DNA of 60,833 nucleotides from a virus (Duplodnaviria; Caudoviricetes): IMG/VR virus record IMGVR_UViG_3300025096_003142, positions 1 to 60,833 of that record; one strand, 5' to 3'. Shown piece by piece: positions 58,736 to 60,833 of this stretch (position 1 is its first letter; each line of letters starts with the position of its first letter). The notes under the pieces were generated by a model. It saw only the letters and a program-made list of their open reading frames with translations, ran no database searches and was not told where the DNA came from. The position numbers and the translations under genes were made by a program.

Positions 58736-59359
58736 TTATTGTAATGTATTATAATAGTTATTTTGCTGTTCTTGTCTTGTAATAGTTTTTTCGTGTATTA
58801 AACACCATTCTTTATCTGTAGGTAAATGTGATATAGTTTTATAACCTTCTAATACTTCATGTACCTTATTTTTCCATTGTATTTTGCTGTTATTTTTATA
58901 TATTCTCCATTGATAGTCCGGAAAATTTACCCAGCCATGTTCGTTTACTCGCCATCCCCATTTATCAATATGTTGTTGAGTAAGTCCCTCTACCGTATTA
59001 ATTCTTGGAACTAATAATACATCTACATCATTTTGTTGTAGAACTTGTGGTAAAATTTTAAAAATATATTCATTAGGTAATTCGTCTGCATCAATTTGAT
59101 AAATGTAATCTCCTTTACACATATCCGTTAATCGATTTTTCATATTAGCAAAATGACCATCAAAAGAATAAAAAAACCAATTAAATTCGTCATTTATTGA
59201 ATTTTCTTTTAAAAAAGCTTCTACTGATTCTGATCCATTTTTACTATCAAATAATACTATTACTTCATCATTAATTTGTTTATTCGCGACTAAATATGGT
59301 ATTAAACGTTGGATTTCTGTTAATTCAGTACATACCGTAACAGCGTAACTTATTTTCAT
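58736..59359 (-). CDS. Glycosyltransferase family 2
   Basis: FANMKN, IDADE, PDYQWRIY, KVHE. Confidence 0.87.
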   Translation of the reverse strand: MKISYAVTVCTELTEIQRLIPYLVANKQINDEVIVLFDSKNGSESVEAFLKENSINDEFNWFFYSFDGHFANMKNRLTDMCKGDYIYQIDADELPNEYIFKILPQVLQQNDVDVLLVPRINTVEGLTQQHIDKWGWRVNEHGWVNFPDYQWRIYKNNSKIQWKNKVHEVLEGYKTISHLPTDKEWCLIHEKTITRQEQQNNYYNTLQ

Positions 59360-59362
59360 ATT

Positions 59363-60643
59363 TTATGCTTTTTGTAAATTAGGTAATTTTAATTTTGGTA
59401 ATTCATTTGTTGATTTTAACTTTGGTAATTCTAATTTTACTTGTTGCGGAATATCTGATACATTTTGTTGAATCATATTAATAATATCTTCATATGATTT
59501 AGATATATGTTGTTTAGTAAAATTAGATCTAACAAAATATCTTTGCCGTTTTGCTAATTCAGACCATTTTTTATAATTTTTTAAAATGTCTTCAAACATT
59601 TTACTAGCATATTTATAATCTACAGAAAACCATTTTGCGCCTTTAATAAGAAATTTATCTCTAGCAGATTTATGAATTGGGGTTAATTGACCTGGTAAGG
59701 CACATATAAAATCTTTTTTGAGAAAATCAACCTGTCCGGAATAATGTGGAGCGAGTATTGGTTTTCCTATAGAGCTAAATTCTAATAAAGGCCGGCCAAA
59801 CCCTTCTGATTTTGTAAATGAAACCATTGCTTTAATTTTAGGGTGATTATATAATGCATTCATTTCGCGCGTAGTTAAATCTCCATGTAATAAATATACT
59901 GACGGTAATTTATTATTTACAAATAATTTAGATATTTCGTTAATACGATTTTCTATATCTAATCTATCTGATACAGAATATGTAGCTCCGCTAGTTTTTA
60001 ATATTAAAGCTGGGGTATTGTTTTTATTTTTATATGTATTAAAAAAGCAATGTAATAACCCAGAAAGATTTTTTCTATCTTCTCCTAAATATCCTTTTAA
60101 CCAATGTCCTACACATAAAAACGCTTTAGACTCTTTTACTTGTTGATCGATAACTGAGATATTTGTTGTTACATTTTTATTATCATATAATGTATCATCA
60201 AAATATTCAGAAATAACTTGTATATTTGTTGTTATTGGTTTATTATGTTGTTTTGCTGTATCTTCAAATACTTTCTTCGTAAAATTACTAGGAACAATAG
60301 TTATTTGCATTTTATTTATATTATCAATCCATTCAGGAGGACAAATATCTCCTTCAGTGCCAGCCGTAACGCCGATATTATATTTGCCGACGGGTTGAAA
60401 TTCATTGGGTACTGTAATTTGTACCCAAATATCTGGTTGTGATGTTAGTGGTAAAGGAATTATCTGGGCTTGCCACTCGGTTGGTATAGGATATGTAAAT
60501 GGTGTATGTCCCCATGGCATGGATAATAATTTAATGTTCCAATCATTTGGTTTTTTATCAAAAAAATTACTAATAACTTCTCGAGCGTGATGGCCATAGC
60601 CACTTTGTGTAGCAACTGGTGATGATATGATTACTGTTCGCAT
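59363..60643 (-). CDS. Glycosyltransferase family 4
   Basis: SGYG, VPSNFTK, RKN, EGFGRPLLE, SGQVDF. Confidence 0.9.
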   Translation of the reverse strand: MRTVIISSPVATQSGYGHHAREVISNFFDKKPNDWNIKLLSMPWGHTPFTYPIPTEWQAQIIPLPLTSQPDIWVQITVPNEFQPVGKYNIGVTAGTEGDICPPEWIDNINKMQITIVPSNFTKKVFEDTAKQHNKPITTNIQVISEYFDDTLYDNKNVTTNISVIDQQVKESKAFLCVGHWLKGYLGEDRKNLSGLLHCFFNTYKNKNNTPALILKTSGATYSVSDRLDIENRINEISKLFVNNKLPSVYLLHGDLTTREMNALYNHPKIKAMVSFTKSEGFGRPLLEFSSIGKPILAPHYSGQVDFLKKDFICALPGQLTPIHKSARDKFLIKGAKWFSVDYKYASKMFEDILKNYKKWSELAKRQRYFVRSNFTKQHISKSYEDIINMIQQNVSDIPQQVKLELPKLKSTNELPKLKLPNLQKA

Positions 60644-60833
60644 ACTATTCCTAAATTTTTATATTTTTTTGGTGTTACTTTATTTAATGTATATCTTAAT
60701 TTTGGTTGTTTTGGTACTTCAAATAAATAATTAATCATTTCGATCATTTTATTTCCCATTTGTTGTCCGGTTAATCCATTTTCTAAACAAAATGATCTTC
60801 CAGCAGCGCCACAATCTTTTCTAACACCACGTG
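60631..60833 (-). CDS. C-terminal fragment of probable glycosyltransferase (runs off window)
   Basis: Open frame RKDCGAAGRSFCLENGLTGQQMGNKMIEMI...CEQ*; resembles a GT-B terminal helix. Confidence 0.55.
   Translation of the reverse strand, partial: RGVRKDCGAAGRSFCLENGLTGQQMGNKMIEMINYLFEVPKQPKLRYTLNKVTPKKYKNLGIVCEQ

Overview
This is an AT-rich, gene-dense fragment in which essentially all real genes lie on the minus strand, often with ATGA/TAATG overlaps. It is best read as part of a large (jumbo-type) tailed phage infecting Bacteroidota. The reading rests on Bacteroidota-like GroEL, T9SS C-terminal signals, tail-fibre/LamG genes, a holin and endolysin, many short ORFans and no housekeeping operons. 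Left to right in + coordinates: (1) 1-9.4 kb, small ORFans, an M23 peptidase, GroEL and a MoxR-AAA+/VWA pair, several under a TTGGA-N-TATATTA promoter-like motif; (2) 9.4-17.6 kb, signal-peptide/T9SS-type surface proteins, a ~95-nt structured RNA resembling 6S RNA, and proteins with a shared M-I-x-L-K-x-I-L-x-E leader; (3) 17.6-33.7 kb, Ser/Thr-rich fibre, beta-helix and tandem LamG genes, plus HNH, ClpS and lysozyme-LysM; (4) 33.8-39.9 kb, a nucleotidyltransferase, a 1065-aa PT-TG protein and a lysis cassette; (5) 39.9-60.8 kb, a ~21-kb glycan biosynthesis island. The strongest candidate for a new system is a leader-tagged set of putative capsid-packaged cargo/effector enzymes (PT-TG + ADP-ribosyltransferase-like, zincin, lysozyme, nucleotidyltransferase). 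A phage-borne T9SS surface operon and a 6S-like RNA are also notable. All family calls come from motif recognition by eye; no database searches were run.
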